Notes: generated by a model not told the origin, from the letters alone. DNA of 63,584 bases, filler included, from Stramenopiles sp. TOSAG23-2 (GCA_900128395.1; 15 parts of 15 records of this genome joined end to end with filler, not necessarily neighbours in it), one strand, 5' to 3'; shown: positions 31,037 to 44,511, counted from the first letter of the whole stretch. Numbers and translations: made by a program.

Positions 31037-34000
31037 TTATTCTTCATGGAAAACAATACCTTCTCGCTCTAATAAAGACAAACCTGGGATGTAAATATCG
31101 GGCGTTGTTGGAATAAGAACACCTTTACCTTTCACCACATCGTCCAATATCAATTGTGCACCAATAGCGATCGTATACCCTACAGTTTTTGCCATTGAAC
31201 TATCGCCATTTGCATCACCATAGCCAATAAAAATAGATGTCTTCTTACTCAAATTGTCCATATAATTGCCATGTGAGACAACAAAATCATGCTTCATCAA
31301 TACCATGTCTCTTTCGTCATTCCCATATGCTAGTCTCTCTTCCAGTAAGGAACAAAATGCATCTCCAACTTCACCACTAGGGCTGTTATGGACAGTATTT
31401 TCACTAAAAACACCAAGCCATTTTAAACATGCAAGCGCATCATCATCATGTATTGTATTTGTTATATTAAGTTTTTCCGATAATTCTTGCCAGCTTTCAA
31501 TATCATTAGGCATATTGCCAGTGCCAAATAACCCCGTTTTGGAAATTTCATTCATAATTTTAGACCACCCAGCATAGCGCAACGTACCACGATAAACAGT
31601 TTCTGCTTCATCATGTATACCATACAATTCCCCATAAGGAAGAGAATCTCTATTTGGTAATTGCTCAAGTGATAATGTGGGAAATCCATCTACGGCTTTA
31701 GCAGATGATAATAATTGTTCCCCGGGTACTTGTATGATTTGACCATTTTCGCGGTATTGAGCGCTATTTTTAGCAGCTGATAATACGCCTTTTGGACTCC
31801 AACTAAATTTATAGCGCAGAGGATTATTTGCAGCTTCTGGCGCTGGTAGACCACCGCATAAAGAAGAAAAATGTACTACAGATCCACCGTCATGATGAAT
31901 TTCATCTATAACTTTCATGGCACTCATATGATCCATACCAGGATCAAGTCCCATTTCGCATAATATTGGTATTGATGCATCACTTGCTTCTTCATTTAAT
32001 TGTTGCATTTCATCATTAACATAACTTGCTGTTACCAAGGGTTTACACGATTTGATACAAAGCTTGGCTATTGGCACATGCATTGTTGCAGGCAATAAAC
32101 TTAAAACAACATCAGCCTTTTTGATTTCTTGATGGACAAGATCAATTTCTTTTAAAACATCTACCGTTTTATATTGAACATGACTTCTTCCAACACTTTT
32201 AATAATGTTAATCGCTTCCTCTTCGATTGATGAAAGTAGAACGACATCGTTTTGACGTGAAAGGTACTCTACGGCTGGTTTTGCTACCAAACCAGAACCC
32301 AATACAACCGCTTTTTTCCTACCATTACTCACATTGCTTTCATCACTATTACTATTGCCAGTAAATGACATGGAAGGTGGATCTTTGAATATCATTTGTT
32401 CTTGCCCAACACCCCCATGCAATGTTTTTGAAAAATCACCTTTGCAATAATCAAACGGCATTTCCGCAATAACTGCTTCAGCTTTTGGTACAACATCAGC
32501 TAACGCATCTAATTTTGTCATGATCTCTTTTAAGCCATCACGGCCATTTGCCACACTTATTTGTATATCCGCGCTACTTTTAAATTCCGTTTCACTGTTT
32601 GGTCGAACGTCCATTTCTACAATATAAAATTGACCACCACAATCTTCGATAATGTCCAATGTTTTATTGATAAATCCACTGTCAAATAAATGTCCAGTTA
32701 CTCGTATTACGGTATTACCTGCAGTTTCTTCCATCAATTCAAAACGCTGTTTCAAATGATTACGTTCACGCTCAGCTCTCATGCTTTCAATATATGAAAA
32801 TGATGGTGTTAAGCTACCATTGCTTGCTATGCATGCACCGTGTAATGCCTTTGGTAAATCATGTACTTGCTCCTCATATGGCAATGTACCATCAGACGTT
32901 ACCAGTGGCATGACAAAATCAAACATAGCATCACCGAAATGCATACTACTTTCATTTGGCAATTCACTTGGCAAAATGTCTACACCACACATTAAGATAC
33001 CGTTGCCTTCTAATGATTCAGTCGTTTCATCATTTATTGGATTGTATAGGAAAAAAGGTTGTTCGATGTATGATGATTTGGTCAAAAATTCAACACTTCC
33101 CTCAATGTCACATGATATATCTGCGACTGCCATCATTTTCTTGATATTTTTGTCCATATGTTGTTCGTTGATTTGATCTTTCGTTATTAAACGTGGATAA
33201 CGATGATCCCAATAAGTACAATTCACAAGACATGATATGTAAGGCACTATATGATCATGAAATATCGGACTATATTTTTCTGGATGCTGATAATACTCGT
33301 TTCGTGAAAAATTTTTACCCGTACCGTCATCATCACGTTTCACCATATGTTCCTCTTCTATGACACATCCATATACTAAATCACTACGTCCACCATCCTG
33401 TGTTAATTGTTTTAAATCATTTGGCGATATCCATTCATGTGGTAATTCCTCAAAAACTTCTTGCGCACCTTGTGAAACATTTCCATTGCCAGTAAACCCA
33501 AAGACTAATGGAGAAAAGTCTTGTGGAAGTCCAGCATGTTGTATACGACCACCAACTAGGCGCACAGCACTTTTTGCATCGTTTAGTGATGGATACATAT
33601 ACGAACTGCCAATGTTTAAGAAAGGCGTTGAATAACCTAAACACAACATTCTTTCTCCTAAACCACGCAATGCACTTATCATTCCAGCTCTTCCAGCAAA
33701 TCCACCAAATGCAACTAATCGTGGTTTATTCCTTGAGCCATCAACAGTGATAGTTTCATAATCAAATAATCGTATATTATTCTCTAAAATTGAATCTAAT
33801 AATTCCATATTTTCAGGTTGTGCCTTGATGACATGTGAGAAAAAAACATAACTACGCTCTGGTAATAAATCTTCTACTGGCACTTGTTTCACTCCGAATA
33901 TCACAGATGCAGGTGATAAATCTTCCGTTATCTCAGCTCCTACTTTTTCATATTCAATATTTGTAAAAATTCTGCGATCAGATGGTTGCACCAATACGCG

Positions 34001-34123
34001 ACAACCTTGTTTTACCAAACGCTCTACATGCACTGGACATAAAGGTGCACGACGTTCCCATTTATTATATACCTCTTTTACTATCCCAATAATTTTATTA
34101 CCTTTTAATTTATTAGAGGACAT
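31037..34123 (-). CDS. AASS: Bifunctional lysine-ketoglutarate reductase / saccharopine dehydrogenase
   Basis: LKR motifs WERRAPLCP, FFSHVIKAQ, LVAFGGFAG and DISCDIEGS; interdomain GHLFDSGFIN; SDH motifs VLGSGLVA, EMGLDPGMDH, CGGLPAPEAANNPLRYKFSW and YRGTLRY. Confidence 0.96.
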   Translation of the reverse strand: MSSNKLKGNKIIGIVKEVYNKWERRAPLCPVHVERLVKQGCRVLVQPSDRRIFTNIEYEKVGAEITEDLSPASVIFGVKQVPVEDLLPERSYVFFSHVIKAQPENMELLDSILENNIRLFDYETITVDGSRNKPRLVAFGGFAGRAGMISALRGLGERMLCLGYSTPFLNIGSSYMYPSLNDAKSAVRLVGGRIQHAGLPQDFSPLVFGFTGNGNVSQGAQEVFEELPHEWISPNDLKQLTQDGGRSDLVYGCVIEEEHMVKRDDDGTGKNFSRNEYYQHPEKYSPIFHDHIVPYISCLVNCTYWDHRYPRLITKDQINEQHMDKNIKKMMAVADISCDIEGSVEFLTKSSYIEQPFFLYNPINDETTESLEGNGILMCGVDILPSELPNESSMHFGDAMFDFVMPLVTSDGTLPYEEQVHDLPKALHGACIASNGSLTPSFSYIESMRAERERNHLKQRFELMEETAGNTVIRVTGHLFDSGFINKTLDIIEDCGGQFYIVEMDVRPNSETEFKSSADIQISVANGRDGLKEIMTKLDALADVVPKAEAVIAEMPFDYCKGDFSKTLHGGVGQEQMIFKDPPSMSFTGNSNSDESNVSNGRKKAVVLGSGLVAKPAVEYLSRQNDVVLLSSIEEEAINIIKSVGRSHVQYKTVDVLKEIDLVHQEIKKADVVLSLLPATMHVPIAKLCIKSCKPLVTASYVNDEMQQLNEEASDASIPILCEMGLDPGMDHMSAMKVIDEIHHDGGSVVHFSSLCGGLPAPEAANNPLRYKFSWSPKGVLSAAKNSAQYRENGQIIQVPGEQLLSSAKAVDGFPTLSLEQLPNRDSLPYGELYGIHDEAETVYRGTLRYAGWSKIMNEISKTGLFGTGNMPNDIESWQELSEKLNITNTIHDDDALACLKWLGVFSENTVHNSPSGEVGDAFCSLLEERLAYGNDERDMVLMKHDFVVSHGNYMDNLSKKTSIFIGYGDANGDSSMAKTVGYTIAIGAQLILDDVVKGKGVLIPTTPDIYIPGLSLLEREGIVFHEE

Positions 34124-34993
34124 TTTAAATATATATTCTTAATTGTAATAAAATATTTCTTTTCGCAATTTGAAATTTTGCAATCAATACACACTTTTAT
34201 ATTTCTATATATGCATGTACAGTTTAATTTCTCTCTCTCTGTATATATTATTTTTTGTTTGTTTTTATTTTTTATTTGTTTTGAATCGTTAATCTTTTAT
34301 ATGAATAACTTTTTTTCTTTTTCTTTTCTGTTGAATAATTGAAATAATACAGTATATGTCGCTTAGTCGTTATTTTATTTATTTTATTATAAATAGCACA
34401 CTGGCACACCACAGGAGGCACAACTTCAATTCGGTTCATGGAAAAAAGAGATTTTCCTTAATCATCTCCACACTACATATCATTCTCTCAGTACATAGTA
34501 CGTACAGTATAATACATAAGCGTATACTCGTAGAATTTCCGTAGTCTATACATAGGACTGCGTCATCACCATTTTTTTGTTTATTCTTTTACTTTATAAT
34601 ATTAAAAATCTAAGCTAATAATATAGCACAATACAGGTAGCTCCTGTAATACAGTACTTGTGGTACTACTAGACTACCTGGAAGAATAATAAAAAATATA
34701 ATAATCGGTAGTATGGCAACTATGGCATTATTGCTACATACAGTACAGGTATATGATACTTTTAATATAATTGTAATTTAAAATATCATATTATACTATT
34801 TTAAATACAGGTTACACTGATAATTCATGCAATAGACAAAGATACAATAACAATACACGAATACAGTTTAAATGATGATACGATATCAATTTANNNNNNN
34901 NNNNNNNNNNNNNNNNNNNNNNNNNNNNNNNNNNNNNTTAATTAATTAANNNNNNNNNNNNNNNNNNNNNNNNNNNNNNNNNNNNNNNNNNNN

Positions 34994-37900
34994 GGAATAA
35001 CCTTCATCACAAACACATATTGGATTTTTACCATTATGATCTTTCTTGATCTTCATGGCGGTTTATCACAAGCAGCACAAATCCATCGCATACATTTAAA
35101 AGAACTACGAGGATCCTCACCGAGATCAAATAGTGCTCGGCAAAAAATGAAGCATGTCACAGAATCTGCAACAATGACCCGATCTGAGTTCGAACGACTA
35201 AAGCAGCGTTGGTTTTTAATTGCGGGGAGACCTATCAAAACCGCTGGTGGTCTTTTAGATAGGGCCGAAGCTGGTGCAATTGAATGTTTTGGTGGGCTAA
35301 AAATAACACGAGATACAAAATTGGAGGATATTTCTAGAATCAAGGAAGACGCCGTGGAAATTCAACGTCAAGCATCAAGGCGTGGCACACTTACCGATAA
35401 ATATATGGCAGAAATACATAAATGCCCTGATGTGGCATCCGCATATTTACCCCCAATAGCGATTGCAAAAGGTAGCAATGACCAATTTCAAAACGAAAGA
35501 AGACGAGTTGTTGTGCTGTTTTTATCGCTTCCAAATACACAAAAAGAAGCTATTAAAAGTAAAGGTATTGAAGCGACAGCATTAAATGATATCTATTCTG
35601 CTTTAAAATCTATTTTGGCTAAGTTCGAAGGTCAAATGCGTGATTTTCTATTTGAAGATAAAGGATGTACGTTTATTGCATGTTGGGGCATTACACAAAT
35701 AACGGAAGTCGATGCATTGCGTGCAGTGTTGTTTGCATTAGAGGCAACAGCGGCTTGTGAATCATTGGGCGATCCTTGTAAAATTGGTATTTCAATGGGT
35801 CAATGCTTCACAGGGGTATGTGGTCATCCATCTCGCAATGATTTTGTTGTCATGGGTGCAGAAACCAATATGGCGGCACGGCTAATGGGAAAAGCGAAAG
35901 TAGGATCTTCACTCGTAAGTGAGCGCGTTTATAATGCTACAAAAGATTATATGTCTTATGATATGACAGATCCAATTGAAGTGAAAGGTAAAGACGGGAC
36001 GTTTCGTGCACTAAGACCATTCGGTAGAAAACCTGGTGCAGTTCGCCATAAAGCGCAAGAAGAATGGGAGACAACCGTCTTTGTTGGCCGTGAAGAGGAG
36101 ATGGTAAAACTACGAGCTGGACTGAAAGAATTACAAGAAAAAAAAGGTAGTGCTTTCATTTTAGAAGGTTTAGCTGGTATGGGTAAAAGTGCAATTGTAT
36201 GGCAATTACAACGAGAATCAATTGATCAAAATATTCGTTACTTAATGGGTACAGGATCAGCGATTGAAAAACAAACGCCATATTTTGCTTTTTCCCAAAT
36301 TTTATGCGCAGCTGCAAATTTATCATCTAGTCCATCGTACGGCGAAGTTTTAGCATTAAAATTTACGTATCAGCTGGACGAAGATGACATCAATGCTTTG
36401 GGAATTATGCTACCGACTCTTGCAAAACGAAACGAAGACGGTACACAAGTTGATCAAGGTCGCTTAGAAGGACGTGCTGCAAAGGTAATATTAAAAATAT
36501 TCCAAGCATTGGAAAATACCGTATTTGTATTTGAGGATGCGCATTGGATTGATTCACAATCGTGGATTATGTTGCAAATGGTATTGCCGCAACTGTCTGG
36601 CACAAGCATGGTAATGATTGTAACACGCCCACCAAATATGGCATCGCAACTGAAAGGGGGTGGACAGGCAGGTACAGAAGGATTCAACGATACAAGTGAA
36701 AATAAGCTGGATGATGAATTTTTGGAAGACGATGATCGTGTAAAGTTTTCCCGTATCTTAGCTGCATTGAAAGAGAATAGTTCTATAACATATCTGGAAT
36801 TAGGTACCATGGATCTTGAGGCAATGCGAGAACTTGTAGCAAAAACTTTGGATGTCAATAACTCTGCTGTAAGCGACGAGTTTGTCAAATTAATGGATCA
36901 AAAAGCAGGCGGCATTCCAATGTACTTATCATCTATGACCAATTGGTTAAAAGAGCGCGATTTAGTGAATAAGGATGACGATGGGAGTATATTTTTTAAA
37001 GGTAATATTCAAGATATAAAATTTCCAAATTCCATTATGGATACTGTTATGGAACGTGTGGATAGTCTAGGCGACGAAGCAAAGGTATTAATCAAGATCT
37101 GTGCATGTTTTGGATTTGAGTTTCGCCAAGAAAGCTTAGAGAAGGTTGCACCATCATTTATGTATTCCCAAGATCCCGCTCATCTTGAAGCAACGTTGGA
37201 ACAATTAGCAGCGCGTAGTTTAGTTGTACCTGTTACCGGTGAATCAGTTAGCAAAATGATGAAATTTACACATCAAATTATTACTGAAAGTGCATATAGT
37301 TTAATGCTTGATTCCCAAAAGCGTGAAGTACATAAAGCGATAGCAAATGAATATGAAAATGCAACATTCAAATTTGAATTGGACGTATTAGCATATCACT
37401 GGCTTCGAAGTGGAGATGTGGGAAGAGGTTGCGATCTGCTGCAAAGTGCAGCAGAAAAAGCGGTAAGTAATTTTTTATCCCCTAAATCTAGTAGATATCC
37501 TCTCTAACATGCCACTCAGTTCACTATTGGCGCGTTTAAAGAGTGTGTTAATTCTTTAGGTCAAGCAATTTCGTATGGTAAAGATCATCATAATTATCCA
37601 TATTGGTTGGCGTTATTAGGATTTGCTCGCAGAAATAGTGGTGATCTCCACTCAGCGTATAAATTCTTCTACTTAGCATTGAAAGCTTTGAACGATGATG
37701 AATTTATTCCAATGGTAAGGAGTGATCTGGCATTAGACAGAATGAAGAGAGAATATGGAGAATTTGATGATTTTCCAAAGCAAGAAAGTGCAGATCCCAC
37801 TGAAATTCAGAAGGCTAAAATGATTATTGCTCTTGAAATGGGCGATGTCTTGTTTAATGCCGCAGGTGTTGGTGATTATAAGGAGCAAGTTAAATCAGAT

Positions 37901-39625
37901 TATGGCCTAAGTGATGAAGACTTGCTATACGTGAGTGACTGGTATACATATTATGGACTCAATGCTGCATACAAATATAGTGATCTTGATAAATGGGGAT
38001 TTTATCATAGCATTTGGCCCATGCGTAATGCACAAAAATTGGCATCCCAAGATCCTGATGGTTGTCGCAGAATTTATAGGCGAGTTTTTTTGCTGGCACA
38101 ATCTGAACGTGTTTCTCCACATTATCGTAAGTACTCCATCTTTTTTTGTATCTTTTAAACTTTTCTAACTTTCGTTTGGTATTTTTCTTTACATTGATAC
38201 ACAGGGGTTTTTATGATATTTTGCACTTACAATTGGTATATTCAAATAGCTCCAGAATGTGTGCCAAAGAATAATGAATTAATGCAGGAACTGCTATTGC
38301 TAAACGACGGAAACATGAAACAAGCATATTATCAAACAGTAGGAACTTCCCAAATCGTCGGTGGGCTTGTGTCAACTGGAAATGTGAAAGCCGCCAGGAT
38401 CTTTGCAAATCGTCATTTGAAAATACGAGTAGACTCAGAAGCAATTGAAGACAATAAAGCAAGTACGTTTCAATTCCAGTGGTTCATTTCAGGGATTACT
38501 TTTAACTTCATACAATGGAATGTAGAGGACGTTCGTGTCTACTTTACAAAATTATTTTCCATGGATAAGCTGTTTCCAGATACAAACTCATCGTATCCAT
38601 TCCCGTACTTTGTTTTTCAGACGAAACACTATATGGCATATATAGCAGTAGTAGAGGGAGATTTTGAAACAGCGGAATCACTTCTACTTGATCAAATGAC
38701 AAATAAAGCGGCATATTTAATACCATCGCATGGAACACATTTAGAATACTTCCTTGCAAAAACAGTGTATCCTATTTGTAGAATATATGCTCATAAACTG
38801 GAAAGTGGAGGGGACACAACTATATGCAAAAATGCGATGATAACAATGCGTGATGGTATTGAAAGAATGGCAGCTATTAACCCTGGAAATGTACGATGTT
38901 CTGGTGCTGCTCATGTGGCTCAAATCACCCTCCTTTTAGAAGATCGTCCGTTTGCCGACACATTCAAAAATATGGAAAAAGCACTTGAATATGCAATTGA
39001 GCTAGGATGCTTGCCTTTAGATATTTTAGTTCTTAAAGCCGAAATTGCTAGATGGACTGGAGATGTAAATAAATTGCAAGAGATTTACAATCATTGCGAA
39101 TCTGAACTTTTGAAATATATTAGTGTCAGGATAAAGCCAGTGCTAGATGGACTCCAATCAGGCGGCTTAAAAGCTGTTGACCTAGATTTTGTACCTGAAA
39201 TTGTGGTACCGGTACTCTCAGATGAAGAAAGGATGGCAGAACTCAAGGAGGCATTAAAAGAAGCAAAAAAAGAAGTAAAAGCAAGTGTAAGCAATGGGAC
39301 AAATGAAGAAGTAGAAGTTGCTAGAACAATGGCAAAAGCAATTAAAGCCCAAATTAAAGAGTTAAAAGCAGAAATTGCAGAGAAAGCAAAACCAACAATA
39401 GACCAAGCAAAAATAGATGAAATTAAAGCTAAAATTGCTGATGCACAAATTAGGCAAGAACAAGCCTTTGACAACGATGATGATGATGCTGAAGAAGCAG
39501 CAATGGCCGAAATTAAAGCATTAAAAACTGAGTTAGAAGGAATGACAATGGATGTTGGCGACTCAATACCTAAACAAAAATTAGAAGATGCAAAAAAGAA
39601 AGACACAGAGATAAACCCCAAGTAA
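34994..39625 (+). CDS. Soluble adenylyl cyclase (ADCY10)-like class III cyclase + STAND/AAA NTPase + helical C-terminus; 5'-truncated; introns 37463-37519 and 38127-38204
   Basis: Cyclase motifs FEDKGCTFI, IGISMG..F.GVCGH..R and GAETNMAARLM. FVGREEE, Walker A GLAGMGKS, Walker B VFVFEDAHWID, GGIP. Both GTAAGT..CTAAC..CAG introns join the three ORFs in frame (phase 0 and phase 1). Confidence 0.88.
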
Positions 39626-39959
39626 AAACGTACGAATCGTAAATTTTACACACGCGTACAGTGTTTGTAAAAATAAAACATGCATTTAAAATCGTTTTTT
39701 TTAATTTTTAATATTTATAAATTTTTTAATTTTTAATAAAAAATGATAATTAATGATATGCACATATTTGATATCAAGAATACGAAAAGTAAAGATAGAT
39801 AAATTTTTACTTCCTCCCTCTTCGTTTATATCGTGATTTACTTTTAAATGCTTTGTTANNNNNNNNNNNNNNNNNNNNNNNNNNNNNNNNNNNNNNNNNN
39901 NNTTAATTAATTAANNNNNNNNNNNNNNNNNNNNNNNNNNNNNNNNNNNNNNNNNNNNG

Positions 39960-42863
39960 AACTGGCCACCTTGGTTCAAATGTTTTAATGCTACAGGGAA
40001 CAAAAATACTGCAGAATGCATGAAGTTGAACAAGGAAGAAGTGAAATGTAACCAAGAACACCCGGTAGATAAAGCTGAATGTGAGGAAAAAAATTTTGCT
40101 ATCAAGTACCCACCAATAATGACGTCGTTGCCCAGGCACTTGAAAGATATCATTCCAACAGCTGAACCTGGAGGTAAAAAAGCACCAAAATCGAAAATAG
40201 AAAAACAGTTTGGAGGAAATGGCCCTGCCGAAGCGGCAGGTAAAGCACTAAATGCCACGAGAGATTTTATTGCAGGCATGGCTGATAAGGCTACCAATCA
40301 TGGGGAAATACCAAGCCCTGAGACCCAGATGAGACCGGGGTGTGTTAAAAAAGCTATCGTGACGTATAAAGCTGTCTGGGCCTCTGCAAAGAAAAAGCCA
40401 ATGCCTTTGTCTCCATTGATGGAAGCTGAAATGGTCGAAACGGTGCAACTTAATGATCAAACAGCGCAAGACTTTGTTCAGCAATTTTTATTGGATAATC
40501 CATTCGCAGCTAGTGAAATTGCTGCCTTAGCGGCAGTATGTAGCGTTAAGCAAAGCATGGAAGACAAATTAAAAGAGCATACAATATATGACTACTATGG
40601 GCCAGAAGGATGGGCCGCGCCGAAAACATTTGGAAAGATGACATATAAGAACAAATGGGGAGTGAAAGGAGGATGGTACCAAAACGAAAAAGTCGAAGAT
40701 GAACAAAAAATAGCATATTTTCATACCGTTAGTCAAAATGGTGGTAAAATGCCCGACGAAACCCAACCCAAATTTTTCCTTGAAACTTTTGAAAGTTTAT
40801 TGAAAGATACCCGAAACACTTTATTAAGAGGCAAAAGAACGGGGGGCGAACCTCTGACATCGACCGAAAACCCTTGGTATTTTGGTACTGATGTTCCGAC
40901 TAAAAAAAAGCCGGTAAAAGAACAATTACCACCACCTATAAAATGCGAAAGTCCCCCATATGCAATTGTTCGTATGGAGAAGAAGACAGAAGCTATCCGT
41001 GCCGTAAAAGCATTGAATGGTGCAACGGCATCGGAATTCGGTGGGCAAACGTTAGATGTACATTTTGCATCTCCTACTGAGAAAAAATTCTGTGATCCTA
41101 AATGTGATAATATTGATGCTATACGGAGAAATATGTCGAAATTGTATGTATTTGCCGTAAAAGCTAGGGCTGCATATCTGGATATGGCGCAGAAAGAAAA
41201 AGATATGAAAGGGATGGAATCACATCTTGGCTACGGAACCGAGGCATCGTATAAGAAAATTGTTGAGGCTGCATCTTCAGCTGTACGTAAGTTAAAGAAG
41301 GAAGCGATTAGAACGTGGAAAATTTGGTATGACATCAAAACAAAAAATGAACCTCTTGCAGCATGTGCAGAACCTAATTGTGTTAAAACTTTTAATGCCC
41401 TAAAAAAATGCGACAAAGTCAAGATTGGTCAAGATATGGATACTGTATATACTGTAGTCAAAGTTGATCAAACATCGCATGCAATTGAATTTGACCCACC
41501 ATTAACTTCTGCAGTTGGTGATGCCGGGAAGGTTAATTTCCCCATTTATTTCACGGCTGGTAATGGGGACTTCAATGAAAACTTAGNNNNNNNNNNNNNN
41601 NNNNNNNNNNNNNNNNNNNNNNNNNNNNNNNNNNNNNNNNNNNNNNNNNNNNNNNNNNNNNNNNNNNNNNNNNNNNNNNAAGATGGCATGTTTAACTATG
41701 AGCTGCATCTTAAACATCGAAGACGAAGAGATGTCAGCACGTTATGAAGATGGTGGTCGGGATTTGCATGGCGGGCATAATATTAATCCTAAAAAAGAAT
41801 GTAAACGTGTCGAGAAAGAAAATACGAACAGTGAAAGCAGTGCATCTAAGCAAATGTTAGGATACATCGGTTCGAAAGAAACAGCATCCATTAGATTTAA
41901 ATGCCTAGCAAATACGAAATTTGTCAATAAAGTCACTTTACCGAAGGCAGCGATCTTTCAAGATATGTCGATACAAATGCTATCGTCGGTAGTATATATA
42001 AAGAGTTGCGAAGTGGGGCCCCTGGTGATTTGATTTCTTTAACAGAACCAGCAGAACTAGGACCAAACACTAAAAATTTGGGGAAATGGACTAGGCTTAA
42101 ATTTAAAACGCAGAACTTAAAATTGGATCCTGGTTTTTATTTTTTAGCATTAACAATAGAAAACAATGCATATTGTTATGGGAAAAGAAGTTATAATATG
42201 AATTATTTAACGACGTATGAGCAATATAATCATAGCCATTTGAGTAAGGAATTTCCGACCATCAAACCACTTCAGCCGGCAAAATATAAAATTGCAATGT
42301 TTGCAAATTATTTTGTCGATTTAACAACTGAAGCAAAATTAGATGTTAAGCGAAAAGAAATTGAAGCGGACCAAGAAAGAGAAACAGAAAGGTTGGATAA
42401 ACGGAAGAAGAAAGAACAAGAAGCCAATGAGATAGAAGATAAATCCTCTAGTGGTGAGGAGGAATCTGTGAGTGACGATAACGAAGACGAAGACGATGAT
42501 GATGACCAAGACGACGATGATGATGACCAAGACGATGAGGAGGAAGACGATAACGATGAGGATAAACCTCGATTTTTATCGATTCGTCAAAAACTCGAAC
42601 CAAATGATATAAATCTCGATCCCAATGAAAAACAAGTACCAATTACTGAAAGAGACGAGTCATGGGTACCTAAATATCAAAAAGATGATGTGAATGACCC
42701 AACATGGTATCCAAATAGTTATGCTGTACCCCCAGCTGACGGAATGCCAGATTTTACAAAAACCGAAAGGGTGAGAAATTTCATCAAGACTGAAGAACAG
42801 AAAGTTGGTGATACGGCAAGTGTACAGAAACATTTGAAAGTAGCAACAATAAAAAGATTGTAG
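39960..42863 (+). CDS. Large unknown protein, 5'-truncated, spanning the scaffold gap and a probable frameshift at ~41995; RRM-like fragment and acidic tail
   Basis: The frame is open from the contig start to the gap. ORFs 41683-42033 and 42006-42863 join if 2 nt are removed from the TATATATA run. Continuity across the gap is inferred. Confidence 0.6.
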
Positions 42864-43290
42864 AAATAAGAAAAGTGTATAAAAAGAGGAGTGTGGTGTA
42901 CCAAAACCTGGCCACAGTATTCACCATGACAGATAAAATTGTTAGTATTATTTTTCATCCTTGTGTCATCCTTTCCATTATATTGTTTTACATTTTTTTT
43001 TCTTCTTCTTCTTTTCTCTGAATAGAGCAAATTCCTTAAAGAACTTTAAAACCCTTAAAAATGATTCGAATGGTCTTCCCCTTCCAATTATTCGACAACA
43101 ATTGATAAATTGATCGAAGAAGAAATAGATAGAAATGAAAATGATGGAGGGAATAGACGAAGTGTAAAAAGGTAGTATATATATATAAAAGATTCTCCTC
43201 TATATATTGTTTTGCTCTTGTATGATTACTTAAATTCAATTTTATCATATACATTTTTTTATTTACTTATCGAAAAAAATAAAACAAAAA

Positions 43291-44511
43291 ATGATGAGAA
43301 AATATTATAATCAAACTATTATTATATCCAATTATATTAAAAAAAAGGGTATATCACCATTTGTTGCTAGTCATTTAAATGTAACACAAAGAAACAACAA
43401 TAATAATGATAGTAATAAATACTATCATATATTAGTAAATAATGTTAACAAAATAAATCAGCCATCGCTACTGTCACAAAAAAAATATCGTCGAAATAAC
43501 ATATTATTCCCTTTTTCATCTAATTATAACAATACCGTGAATTTTTCATCTTCTGCAAATAATGATAATAATAATAGTTTCAATGAACTACATGCAAAAG
43601 CGGCAGCTGAACTTGTTGAAAAATTAGATTATGAACATTACATGTTGTCCATATTTTATCCAAATGAGAAGCGTTTATTGTACCAAACAATTCGTGCATA
43701 CAATGCTGAAATTTCTACTATACGTGATTCAGCGAAAGGAAATGAATTGACTGCAAAAATGAGATTTCAATTTTGGAGAGATACACTTGAAAATATTTAT
43801 GAACCAAGTAGTGGTGATAATCGGCAAATTGCAAATCATCCAACTGTAATAGCACTTGAAAATGCATGTCGTGAAGGTAGATTAGGAAGACAATGGCTTG
43901 AACGATGTTTAAATGCAAAAGAAGCGGAAATGTTAGAAGATGAATGGACTAATTTATCAGATATGGAAGAATATGCAGAAGCTGCATTTTCCTCATTGAT
44001 ATATTCATCAATTGAATGTCTAGGAATTCCAGAAACAAATGAAATTAATACAGCAGCTAGTCATTTAGGAATTGCACAAGGAATTACAACATTAATACGT
44101 GCAGTACCATATTCAGTGCAAATGGAAAATAGAATACCACTTGCGAAATGGATATTAGCAAAAAATAATTGTATCAATGATGATATATTTATCAATTCAT
44201 TAGAAGATCATAATAATTTCACGATTGAAGGTAAAAATGCCATTTTTGAATTTGCAAGTGTTGCACATAATCATTTACGAAGTGCAAAAGATATTTTAAC
44301 AAATGATAGTGGTGCATTAGTTGATCGAAATGTTTACCCAGCATTTTTACCAGCAATGCTTGTACAAGAATATTTAAATCATTTAGAACAAGCAGATTTC
44401 AATGTCTTCGATCCAACATTACGGAAACGGGAACGAAGGGGATGGCATACACTGAAATTATTATGGAAAATCTATCGACAAAGTAAAAGTGGAACAGTTC
44501 CATTTGAGTGA
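43291..44511 (+). CDS. NDUFAF6: Mitochondrial complex I assembly factor 6 (squalene/phytoene synthase fold)
   Basis: DYEHY, IRAYNAEI, MRFQFWRD, HP.V.AL, MEEYAE, AASHLGIAQGI..LIRAVP, A..HL.SA, L...DFNVFDP. The N-terminus resembles a basic/Asn-rich transit peptide. Confidence 0.9.
   Translation: MMRKYYNQTIIISNYIKKKGISPFVASHLNVTQRNNNNNDSNKYYHILVNNVNKINQPSLLSQKKYRRNNILFPFSSNYNNTVNFSSSANNDNNNSFNELHAKAAAELVEKLDYEHYMLSIFYPNEKRLLYQTIRAYNAEISTIRDSAKGNELTAKMRFQFWRDTLENIYEPSSGDNRQIANHPTVIALENACREGRLGRQWLERCLNAKEAEMLEDEWTNLSDMEEYAEAAFSSLIYSSIECLGIPETNEINTAASHLGIAQGITTLIRAVPYSVQMENRIPLAKWILAKNNCINDDIFINSLEDHNNFTIEGKNAIFEFASVAHNHLRSAKDILTNDSGALVDRNVYPAFLPAMLVQEYLNHLEQADFNVFDPTLRKRERRGWHTLKLLWKIYRQSKSGTVPFE

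Noticed and set aside
22158-34123. Functional clustering of mannosidase, Crypton, PH protein and AASS
   Set aside because: They lie on different contigs ordered by length, so the adjacency is artificial.
41990-42010. Programmed frameshift joining ORFs 41683-42033 and 42006-42863
   Set aside because: The shift falls in a TATATATA run, where slippage or consensus error is more likely, and I see no slippery heptamer with downstream structure.
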